Of a DNA stretch of 64,000 bases, positions 1 through 8,435 are shown piece after piece. How positions within the stretch are numbered: position 1 is the first letter of the stretch; each line of letters begins with the position of its first letter. This stretch comes from Clostridia bacterium (lineage in GTDB: Bacteria > Bacillota > Clostridia > Oscillospirales > Acutalibacteraceae), in assembly GCA_017410605.1 (NCBI GenBank), contig JAFQQN010000005.1, positions 108,741 through 172,740 of the forward strand, written 5' to 3'. The position numbers were made by a program, and so were the translations under genes. The notes under the pieces are model-generated. The model did not search any database. It was not told the DNA's origin and worked only from the letters and a program-made list of their open reading frames with translations.

Positions 1-1159
1 CCCTTTTGGGTTTTGTAGAAAAAGAGGCAAATAAAGCGTGTGAGGGTTCAAGTCTTGCCTTTCTTATTTCACCCACAAAAAGACCCATTCTTAAAATATC
101 GCCTTTAATATCGGGCATATTTTGTGGAACTATATAAACAAAATTGTTTTTAACAACAAAATTTCCTTCTGGCCAATATTCAAAATTTTCCTCTAAAAAC
201 TTTAAAACTAGTTTTTTATCAGAGGCTGATATGTTTTCCTGAACGAAGCCGCCAAAATAAGTATTTCCGTCTTCTATTCTTTTAAAACTTGCAATAAAAT
301 GCCCCTCACCGCCGTCAATGGGGAAAATACGTTTGACAGAGCTGTCTATATCTTCTCTACCCGAAAGACCCTCGCGGCCAAATTTAAGATTTATTTTTTC
401 AAGCTCAAACTGAGGGTGGTTTTCTAAAAACCAAATAACAACCTCTTCGTTTTCTTTCTTGTTAAAGGTGCAGGTGCTATAAATAAGTCTGCCACCCGAC
501 ATTACTGCCTTAGAAGCATTGCTTAAAATTTCTTTTTGACGGGTCGCGCACTCTTCAACAGCCGCCAAACTCCATTCGTTTTCCAGGTCGGAATTATGCC
601 GCCACATACCCTCACCCGAGCAGGGCGCATCTACCAAAACCTTGTTAAAAAATCCCGAAAGACTTTCACACAAATATTTAGAATCTAAAGAGGAAACCGC
701 CGCGCCGCCAATCCCCATTCTTTCTATATTTGAAAGCAACGCACCGGCTCTTTTTCTTACATATTCATTAGACCACAAAATTCCGTTGCCTTTAAGCTCT
801 ACACCTATTCCGGTAGATTTTCCACCCGGAGCGGCGCAAAGGTCTAAAATGTTTTCAAATGGCTGTGCATCTACAACAGAAAGAACAGACGAGGCCGAAG
901 GCTCTTGAACATAAAAGCCACCCGAATGGTGCAGAGGTAAATTTCCCACCCCCGAAAGAAGTGGTGGAATATAATATTCATCTTTGTAAAAGGGTGTTTT
1001 TTTCAAATTATCCTTAAAACATTGTTTTACAACATCAAAGCTTGTTTTAAGGGGATTTATACGTATTCCTCTAAAGCTGGGCTTAGCATAAATTAAGTCA
1101 AACTCTTCTTCGCTTATTCCCATAAGCAAACAGGTTTGTTTTTTAAAATCACAATTCAT
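1..1159 (-). CDS. NOL1/NOP2/Sun-family rRNA cytosine-C5 methyltransferase (RsmF/RsmB-like). The 5' end is complete and the 3' end runs off the window.
   Basis: Own minus-strand translation from the ATG at 1159 (MNCDFKKQTCLLMGISEEEF...), with a GAGGTG SD upstream. In-frame motifs FYVQEPSA, VDAPCSGEGMW and IYSTCTF are typical of m5C RNA methyltransferases. It is absent from the ORF track because it stays open to the window edge. Confidence 0.8.
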   Translation of the reverse strand, partial: MNCDFKKQTCLLMGISEEEFDLIYAKPSFRGIRINPLKTSFDVVKQCFKDNLKKTPFYKDEYYIPPLLSGVGNLPLHHSGGFYVQEPSASSVLSVVDAQPFENILDLCAAPGGKSTGIGVELKGNGILWSNEYVRKRAGALLSNIERMGIGGAAVSSLDSKYLCESLSGFFNKVLVDAPCSGEGMWRHNSDLENEWSLAAVEECATRQKEILSNASKAVMSGGRLIYSTCTFNKKENEEVVIWFLENHPQFELEKINLKFGREGLSGREDIDSSVKRIFPIDGGEGHFIASFKRIEDGNTYFGGFVQENISASDKKLVLKFLEENFEYWPEGNFVVKNNFVYIVPQNMPDIKGDILRMGLFVGEIRKARLEPSHALFASFSTKPKR

Positions 1160-1258
1160 AAAATTAGCACCTCACAGGAATAAACAAGGCCTTTGGTGAG
1201 AAAATAGTTAATGTGATAGGTTTTAACCCTGTCGCACTAAATAAAGGTGGTGAAACAA

Positions 1259-1381
1259 ATGGATAACCAGAACAAAAACCAAAATCAAAACAAACAGAAT
1301 GATCAGAACAAACAGAACAATCAGAACAAGAACAACCAGAACAAATTTGACAACAAAAACAACCAGAACAAGAACAACTAA
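1259..1381 (+). CDS. 40-aa Asn/Gln/Lys-rich micro-protein (MDNQNKNQNQNKQNDQNKQNNQNKNNQNKFDNKNNQNKNN)
   Basis: ATG at 1259 lies 6-8 nt after AAAGGTGGTG. The TAA at 1379-1381 is followed by a stem-loop plus T-run. It is below the ORF-track size cut-off. Confidence 0.5.
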   Translation: MDNQNKNQNQNKQNDQNKQNNQNKNNQNKFDNKNNQNKNN

Positions 1382-1398
1382 GTATTTCTTGTAGACGA

Positions 1399-1432
1399 GG
1401 CGGAGAAGTATAACGCTTCTCCGCCGTTTTTA
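1399..1432 (+). terminator. Rho-independent terminator after the micro-ORF
   Basis: GGCGGAGAAG / CTTCTCCGCC stem with a 6-nt loop, followed by TTTTTAT. Confidence 0.7.
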
Positions 1433-1461
1433 TATCTAAAAAATTCAACTATTTTTGGGTA

Positions 1462-2427
1462 TTACATATCATATTTTTTCTCAAATCCCTCGCCGAAAAC
1501 TCCACCGGTAACCGTAACTATAGTAAAAGCCTCAGGGTCGGTAACCTTAACAGTTTTAACCGCTTTGTCAACCTCCGGCTTACGAAGTGCACAGAGCACA
1601 ACCTCGCGATTTTCGTTTTTATAACCACCCTTAGCAGGTAAAATTGTAACGCCTCTATCGGTGGCCTCAAAAATAGCATCAGAAATTTCTTTAGTTTTAT
1701 TGGTAACAATAAAAAGGAATCTTCCTGCATCAGAGCCATATAAAACTGCATCCAGCATTTGGGCTGAAGCAAAAAGAGTAATGGCTGAATAAAGGGCAGT
1801 TTCTAAATCCTTATAGGTAATTGAAGCAATTATAACTATAATTCCATCTAAAATAAGAACAAGTCTTCCCATTGAAAAATAGGGGTATTTTATTCTAATC
1901 ACCTTGGCCAAAACATCGGTACCGCCGGTGGTTCCTCCCCTTAGCATAACAAGGGAAAGACCAAGCCCAATAAGCACACCGCCGAAAATGGCCGCTATAA
2001 GTCTTTCACCCTCATACACAGGAAGAAAGCGGTCAAAAACGTCTATTATAACCGAGCTTATAAGGGTAACGAACAAGGTTTTGAAGATAAATTTTCCCCC
2101 AACCCTTAAAAAGCCTAAAGTTATTATTGGAATGTTAAAAATAAGAATTAAAAGGCCTATGGGCAAAAAGGGCAACAAATAATTAACCACGGCGGCAATA
2201 CCTGTTATTCCGCCCGGAGATATTTTGTGAGGGTCTACAAAATATACCACACCAAAGGCATAAACAACCGACCCCACTACTAAAAATAAAAGGTCAATCA
2301 AAATATCCTTAAGTGATTCGCCGTTGAACAAGGTCTTTATCTTCAAAACAAACACCACCGTATATGAATATATTGTAGAGTATTCGGTTTTTCTAATCCT
2401 CAGCTTTGCTAAGCCATATCTTTTCAA
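1462..2427 (-). CDS. YitT-family membrane protein (DUF2179 C-terminal domain)
   Basis: Multi-TM N-terminal part with GGITGIAAV and GGTTGGTD motifs, and a soluble C-terminus ending ...AFTIVTVTGGVFGEGF. The real start may lie downstream of the listed ATG, because the listed start overlaps mrnC. Confidence 0.8.
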   Translation of the reverse strand: MKRYGLAKLRIRKTEYSTIYSYTVVFVLKIKTLFNGESLKDILIDLLFLVVGSVVYAFGVVYFVDPHKISPGGITGIAAVVNYLLPFLPIGLLILIFNIPIITLGFLRVGGKFIFKTLFVTLISSVIIDVFDRFLPVYEGERLIAAIFGGVLIGLGLSLVMLRGGTTGGTDVLAKVIRIKYPYFSMGRLVLILDGIIVIIASITYKDLETALYSAITLFASAQMLDAVLYGSDAGRFLFIVTNKTKEISDAIFEATDRGVTILPAKGGYKNENREVVLCALRKPEVDKAVKTVKVTDPEAFTIVTVTGGVFGEGFEKKYDM

Positions 2428-2773
2428 AAAGCTGTTTTAATCTTTCTTCTTTCTTACTAAGATGCAAATAACCAAAAAGCGCCTCTAACCCGGTTGCGGC
2501 ATGGTACTGTGCAAGGGAAGAATTTTTAGGGACATTGTTAGTGTGAAGGTTTCTTCCGTGCTTAAAGGCTGTAAGTTCTTCCTCATTTAACATATCCTTT
2601 ATTACTTCAAAGCCCTCTGCCTGAGCATTGGCATTAACATATTCTACCGATTTTTTATGAAGCTCACCCGAGGGGCGGTTGGTTTCGGCCAATTTTTCTC
2701 TTACCATCAGGCCAAAAACCGCATCCCCTACAAAAGCAAGTGTTCCCGCGCTAAGCTCTTTTACTCTTTCCAT
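2393..2773 (-). CDS. mrnC: Mini-ribonuclease III
   Basis: 126 aa. The LAFVGDAVFGLMVREKL signature and the size fit Mini-III. Confidence 0.85.
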   Translation of the reverse strand: MERVKELSAGTLAFVGDAVFGLMVREKLAETNRPSGELHKKSVEYVNANAQAEGFEVIKDMLNEEELTAFKHGRNLHTNNVPKNSSLAQYHAATGLEALFGYLHLSKKEERLKQLFEKIWLSKAED

Positions 2774-2806
2774 TATTCATCTACCTTAGTATTTTAAATG
2801 CTCTGG

Positions 2807-4114
<1,308 letters not shown>

Positions 4115-4144
4115 CTACCCTAGTATATTAATTTAGTAAAATGT

Positions 4145-4173
4145 AAAAAACAAAGCCCCGGAAGCTCCGGGGC
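4145..4173 (-). terminator. Terminator downstream of rpmA
   Basis: GCCCCGG / CCGGGGC stem followed by a T-run on the minus strand. Confidence 0.6.
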
Positions 4174-4186
4174 AAATGTGTGTAGC

Positions 4187-4468
4187 TTATTCGGCAGCCT
4201 GGATGCTAACCTTTTTACGGTCGCGACCCATACGCTCAAACTTAACCTTACCGTCAACCAGTGCAAAAAGGGTATCGTCAGAACCCTTTCCTACATTTTC
4301 ACCCGGATGAATGTGGGTACCTCTCTGGCGAACTAAGATGTTGCCAGCTAAAACGAACTGACCGTCAGCACGTTTTACACCAAGACGCTTGGATTCACTA
4401 TCACGACCGTTCTTGGTAGAACCCATACCTTTTTTATGAGCAAAAAGTTGAATATTTACCTGTAACAT
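4187..4468 (-). CDS. rpmA: 50S ribosomal protein L27 with a cleavable N-terminal extension
   Basis: [24 protein letters not shown]... is the Firmicute pro-L27 form. Confidence 0.95.
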   Translation of the reverse strand: MLQVNIQLFAHKKGMGSTKNGRDSESKRLGVKRADGQFVLAGNILVRQRGTHIHPGENVGKGSDDTLFALVDGKVKFERMGRDRKKVSIQAAE

Positions 4469-4471
4469 GAA

Positions 4472-4795
4472 TTACACCTCCGTAGTTAATGCAATATAAT
4501 CGGGATATTGGTTTGAAAGCTGCTTAATATGAAGCATAAAGCCAGACATAATATTAAAAGAGTCTTCAAACCCGTCTTTTAAAATCAGTGTCATTTCGCC
4601 CCGCTCTTCGTTTACAGAAATTTCTGCCCTTGCGCCCACAATTTCTGTTATTGTGTTAGCAGTCATATATGCGGCAGAAGAAACTGCAGAACAAACTATT
4701 CTGCCAAGCTCATCCTCGGCGTTTGCGGTAGAATGACCAACAATATGGAAGCCTGATAAAAGCTCGTCTTCAAAATAAAAGGCGACCGTAGTCAT
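4472..4795 (-). CDS. prp: Ribosomal-processing cysteine protease Prp
   Basis: 107 aa, located between rplU and rpmA, with the His (IVGHS) and Cys (CSAVS) dyad context. Confidence 0.85.
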   Translation of the reverse strand: MTTVAFYFEDELLSGFHIVGHSTANAEDELGRIVCSAVSSAAYMTANTITEIVGARAEISVNEERGEMTLILKDGFEDSFNIMSGFMLHIKQLSNQYPDYIALTTEV

Positions 4796-4798
4796 ATT

Positions 4799-5143
4799 TT
4801 ATTTTGCTTCAGCAGCAGCTGTAGCCTTTACAACTTCGATGTTTTCAATCTGAACCTTGGTGTAGGGCTGTCTGTGACCCATTTTACGGGCTGAACCCTT
4901 TTTAGGCTTGTAGGTAAAAACAGTAATCTTCTTGCCCTTACCGTTCTTAAGAACCTTACCTGTTACAACAGCATTTTTAACATAGGGTTTGCCAATTTTG
5001 AAAGCGCCCTTGTCGGGAGCCATGGCGATAACCTTGTCAAAAGTAACTGTTTCTTCTTCAGCGGCGCAGAGTTTTTCAACGAAAATAACGTCACCGTTTT
5101 GAACACGGTACTGCTTTCCGCCGGTTTCAATAATAGCGTACAT
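4799..5143 (-). CDS. rplU: 50S ribosomal protein L21
   Basis: [14 protein letters not shown]... is a canonical L21 N-terminus. Confidence 0.95.
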   Translation of the reverse strand: MYAIIETGGKQYRVQNGDVIFVEKLCAAEEETVTFDKVIAMAPDKGAFKIGKPYVKNAVVTGKVLKNGKGKKITVFTYKPKKGSARKMGHRQPYTKVQIENIEVVKATAAAEAK

Positions 5144-5228
5144 TTTGTGGCACCTGCCTTAATTTAAGTCTCGCTAACGCAGGCGGCGAATGAACGCACT
5201 TAAAAAAGCCTACACTAAGCGGCTTAAG
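5144..5228 (-). promoter_or_regulatory. Structured 5' leader of the rplU-prp-rpmA operon (L21-leader-like attenuator)
   Basis: An AAGCC/GGCTT hairpin plus U-run at 5201-5225 (minus strand), placed between the promoter and the rplU start. Firmicutes carry a described L21 leader at this position. Confidence 0.45.
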
Positions 5229-5229
5229 C

Positions 5230-5258
5230 ATTGTACCACTTATAAACACAAAAGTCAA
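5230..5258 (-). promoter_or_regulatory. SigA-type promoter for rplU
   Basis: Minus strand TTGACT, 17 nt spacer, TACAAT. Confidence 0.65.
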
Positions 5259-5294
5259 GTAAAAAATCAGTTTTTATAAAAATTATTTTTTATG

Positions 5295-5323
5295 TTGTAT
5301 TGGTGCCATTTATGTGGTAAAAT
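5295..5323 (+). promoter_or_regulatory. SigA-type promoter for mgtE
   Basis: TTGTAT, 17 nt spacer, TAAAAT, with TGG in the extended -10 position. Confidence 0.6.
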
Positions 5324-5329
5324 AATAAA

Positions 5330-5514
5330 AAAATTATTCAAAACGAGGTGAGAGTATGGACTCCGTTCCCGGGTGTAGCTTTATTTCATTTAATTTATAC
5401 AATAATAATGGCGGTCTATGTTTCTCACGGGAAGGGTATTAGCCCTATCCCCTGGCTTTTTTGCTTTTATATTAAACATTTTACCGCCTTGACAAAAAGA
5501 GGAGGTATTTTTTT
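5330..5514 (+). promoter_or_regulatory. Roughly 185-nt mgtE leader with a terminator-like hairpin. It may be Mg-sensing (M-box-like), but this is not confidently matched.
   Basis: A GGUGAGA box near the 5' end. TTCCCG (about 5372) can pair with CGGGAA (about 5433), and that segment also belongs to a GGGAAGGG...CCCTATCCCC hairpin followed by a T-run. Confidence 0.3.
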
Positions 5515-6879
5515 ATGTCTTTAACCACCTTTGAAAACATCTGCCAGTTGCTTCAAAGTAAAAAATTTAATCATATAAAAGAAATTCTTTCAAATATGAA
5601 CGAGGTAGATATTGCCGAGCTTATAGACCTTGCAACCCCGGAACAAGCCATTATAATTTTCAGGCTTCTTCCCAAGGAATCGGCCGCCGAAACCTTTTCA
5701 TATATGGACAGTGAAACCTGCAAACGCCTTATTGCGGTTTTTACCGACCGAGAGCTGAGAGCAGTTATGAGTGAGCTTTTCGTAGACGACGTTGCCTCTC
5801 TATTAGAGGAAATGCCGGCCAATATGGTAAGAAGAATGCTCTCGGCCGTATCACCCGAAGACCGTAAGGATATTAACCTTATCTTAAAATATCCCGAGGA
5901 TAGTGCAGGAAGTGTACTAACCACCGAGTTTGTTCGCCTTAAAAGAGATATGACGGTGGCAGAGGCTTTTGAGCATATAAGGAAGTTCGGCCCAAATAAG
6001 GAAACAATATACACCTGCTACGTTACCGATAACCGCCGCCGTCTTGAGGGTGTTATAACAGTTAAACAACTTTTGCTTGCAAGGTATGAAGATATTATAG
6101 GCGACATTATGGAAACCAATGTTATTTCGGCCGTTACCACAGACGACCGCGAAGAGGTTGCAAACACCTTTGCTAAATATGACCTTATTGCGCTGCCTGT
6201 TGTTGACCAAGAAAACCGACTTGTAGGTATTATTACCGTTGACGACGTTGTGGATATTATCAAAGAAGAAACCACCGAAGACATTGAAAAAATGGCCGCC
6301 ATTTTACCCGGTGACAAACCCTACCTTAAAACCGGGGTCTTTGAAACCGCCAAAAACAGAATACCTTGGCTTGTTCTTTTAATGTTTTTAGCTACAATTA
6401 CGGGAATGATAATATCCTCCTTTGAAAATGCCCTAGCCGGTTCTATTGTGCTTACAGCCTTTATTCCTATGATAATGAACACCGGCGGTAACTCAGGCAG
6501 TCAGTCATCTGTTGCAATTATAAGAAGCCTTGCTTTGGGGGATATAAGCTTTTCAGACATTGGCCGAATAATGTTTAAAGAACTGAGAGTGTCCTTTATT
6601 TGTGGTCTGGTTTTGGCTGTAGCTAATTTTATAAAAATAATTCTATTTGATAACCTTATTTTAAAAAGCGGAATTTCCCTTACCGTTTCGGCAGTTGTTT
6701 GCCTCACCTTGGCGCTTACTGTTATAATAGCAAAACTTGTTGGCTCTTCTTTGCCCCTTATTGCAAAAAAGCTAAGGCTCGACCCGGCGGTTATGGCCAG
6801 TCCCTTTATTACAACTATAGTAGACGCAATTTCTCTTATTATATATTTTAAAATTGCAACAGTTTTGCTAAGGATTTAA
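5515..6879 (+). CDS. mgtE: Magnesium transporter MgtE
   Basis: N-domain, tandem CBS domains and a 5-TM C-terminal domain, with the PMIMNTGGNSGSQSS motif. Confidence 0.95.
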   Translation: MSLTTFENICQLLQSKKFNHIKEILSNMNEVDIAELIDLATPEQAIIIFRLLPKESAAETFSYMDSETCKRLIAVFTDRELRAVMSELFVDDVASLLEEMPANMVRRMLSAVSPEDRKDINLILKYPEDSAGSVLTTEFVRLKRDMTVAEAFEHIRKFGPNKETIYTCYVTDNRRRLEGVITVKQLLLARYEDIIGDIMETNVISAVTTDDREEVANTFAKYDLIALPVVDQENRLVGIITVDDVVDIIKEETTEDIEKMAAILPGDKPYLKTGVFETAKNRIPWLVLLMFLATITGMIISSFENALAGSIVLTAFIPMIMNTGGNSGSQSSVAIIRSLALGDISFSDIGRIMFKELRVSFICGLVLAVANFIKIILFDNLILKSGISLTVSAVVCLTLALTVIIAKLVGSSLPLIAKKLRLDPAVMASPFITTIVDAISLIIYFKIATVLLRI

Positions 6880-6884
6880 TACAA

Positions 6885-7409
6885 ATGAATGTGTTTAAAA
6901 TTAAAATGGAATTACCTAACCGAAAACCAACACGATTAAAAAATTATAATTATGGCGCCGAGGGTGCATATTTTATAACAATATGTACACACAATCGTCG
7001 AAATATATTATCCAACATCGTAGGGGAGGGTCTCTGCGCCCTCCCGACAATAAAATTAACCCCCATTGGAGAAATCGTTGAAAATTCAATTAAATATATT
7101 AATAGCATTTACAATAACACAACGATTGAAAAATATGTAATTATGCCAAATCATATACATATAATTATCAAAATCAAATATAATGCTAATTAATTTCTAA
7201 ATCGAACGGGAGGGCACGGAGACCCTCCCCTACAGGTATATAATATAATCGGAAGGTTTAAATCTTTTACAACACATAAATATGGCGATATTCTTTGGCA
7301 ACGTTCCTTTCACTACCATATTGTACGGGGCGAAAAGGATTATATTAAAATTTGTGAATATATTGATAATAACCCCACAAAATGGAAAGAAGATAAATTT
7401 TATGTATAA
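6885..7409 (+). pseudogene. REP-associated/IS200-like HUH (Y1) transposase homolog (COG1943 type) interrupted by one in-frame TAA
   Basis: N-terminal part: ...YFITICTHNRRNIL...IMPNHIHIII (HUH motif). A TAA sits at 7191-7193. The same frame then continues FLNRTGGHGDPPLQVYNIIGRFKSFTTHKYGDILWQRSFHYHIVRGEKDYIKICEYIDNNPTKWKEDKFYV and stops at 7407-7409. Confidence 0.7.
7020..7233. repeat. Pair of inverted GC-rich hairpin modules inside the transposase-like gene
   Basis: GGGAGGG-N8-CCCTCCC occurs at 7024-7045 and again at 7208-7229. The 29-nt arms 7020-7048 and 7205-7233 are reverse complements with about 5 mismatches (2 in the loop, 3 at one end). Confidence 0.85.
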
Positions 7410-7415
7410 AAATAA

Positions 7416-7445
7416 AAGGGATTGGAGATTTTCCTCCAATCCCTT
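7416..7445. terminator. Bidirectional terminator
   Basis: AAGGGATTGGAG / CTCCAATCCCTT 12-bp stem. There is a T-run on the minus strand and TTTGATT on the plus strand. Confidence 0.7.
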
Positions 7446-7477
7446 TGATTATACATTTTAATTACAATTATCGAAGA

Positions 7478-7573
7478 TTATTTATTCAAAGCTTCGTGTA
7501 CAGCAACTGCTGGGGCAACGGTCATACCAACCATTGTGTTGTTACCTGCACCGATAAGACCCATCATCTCAAC
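7478..7573 (-). repeat. Remnant copy 1 of the 3' end of the GGGtGRT gene (last 31 codons plus stop)
   Basis: Encodes VEMMGLIGAGNNTMVGMTVAPAVAVHEALNK*. 86 of 96 nt match 12825-12920, including a 36-nt exact run (7538-7573 = 12885-12920). Confidence 0.9.
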
Positions 7574-7649
7574 GTAAAGAAGCCTTGCGTACAACTTTTC
7601 CTTAAATATTTAAGAGATAAACACATCATTCTGATGCGTTCTTAAACAC

Positions 7650-7678
7650 ATTATACATGAAAGCCTATCAAAAGTCAA
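7650..7678 (-). promoter_or_regulatory. SigA-type promoter pointing toward remnant copy 1
   Basis: Minus strand TTGACT, 17 nt spacer, TATAAT. No intact gene lies downstream before the terminator at 7416-7445. Confidence 0.5.
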
Positions 7679-7689
7679 TCATCTTTTTA

Positions 7690-7833
7690 TCAAGTTTTAT
7701 TTAAGTCTGTTTGTAATGATTGATTGATAGTTCCTTCTCTTAAATTTCTTGCTCGGCAGTTATCCAAGCACTTATTGCAGCCCTCTTCTAACGTTAGAAA
7801 ATCATCCCTAATCATCTGTAGTTTCTTCATCAT
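7690..7833 (-). pseudogene. 47-codon fragment that may be the N-terminus of a tyrosine-recombinase/integrase-like gene
   Basis: MMKKLQMIRDDFLTLEEGCNKCLDNCRARNLREGTINQSLQTDLNKT, preceded by a GAGG SD. The F..F...C..RNL.EGTI pattern resembles integrase SAM-like N-domains. It is truncated by a stop. Confidence 0.3.
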
Positions 7834-8134
7834 TTTCGCCTCAAAAAGTTGGACACATTATAAATAGAAAAACTAAAATGATGTGTCGTTTTTATTTTAA
7901 CTGTTGGTATGAAGCAGATTTTATCTGCCAAAAAGATTTATATTGCCCTGAATCGTCCGTGGCAAAACGGTCCGTTTAAACACGCCCTTAACGATGAAGA
8001 AACGGCCGCTGTTCCCGCTTCTTTGCTGAGAAGATGTGACAACCTTACCTATTGCGGTGAAGCTTCTATTATAGAAGGTGCGTATTGATAATAGAGCAAT
8101 TCTTTTTTTCGAAAAAGTTTCGTGATTCGCTTTA

Positions 8135-8163
8135 TTGACATCGTATTTTGTATTATGTATAAT
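8135..8163 (+). promoter_or_regulatory. Strong SigA-type promoter upstream of the beta-helix gene pair
   Basis: TTGACA, 17 nt spacer, TATAAT. The ATG at 8436 is about 270 nt downstream. Confidence 0.65.
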
Positions 8164-8435
8164 GATTAAAAATTGCTTCGGAGGAATAAAGATGGGGATT
8201 CGGTAATTTGCAATCATCGTTCATAAACGAAAAGGAAACTCATCACCAAGCCCTCTGTTATTCCATCAGAGATTAAAAGTTATCTCTTCCCTCCAAACGA
8301 AGATAACAATCTAATATAAAAGTGTTTTTTACTTGCAAAACACACTATTTTATGACATAACCAAATTAGTGATGAATTTTCAGCACCAACGCACTAAAAT
8401 AGGGTAATAGCCACAATCAAGGAGGTAAATTAAAT

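Noticed and set aside
1164-1448. 94-aa Cys-rich ORF on the minus strand (…CSCSGCFCCQICSGCSCSDCSVCS…)
   Set aside because: It is the antisense reading of the AAC/CAG repeat. It has no SD and would have to be translated through the terminator hairpin, whereas the plus-strand micro-ORF has both an SD and a terminator.
5330-5470. Confident call of an M-box (Mg) riboswitch upstream of mgtE
   Set aside because: Only fragments resemble the consensus as I remember it. I kept it as a low-confidence leader rather than a named riboswitch, and a covariance-model search is needed.
7445-7645. 66-aa plus-strand ORF, and the similar ORFs at 10821-11099 and 10843-11064
   Set aside because: They read antisense across the remnants of the GGGtGRT gene 3' end (shared …GHTNHCVVT… / …SHTNHWVVT… strings). 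They are a by-product of the repeat and have no SD.
7921-8217. 98-aa minus-strand ORF, and a 59-codon plus-strand ORF at 7909-8088
   Set aside because: Neither has a convincing SD or family resemblance. The minus ORF runs through the strong plus-strand promoter. They may be relics of deleted island genes, but I cannot support them as genes.
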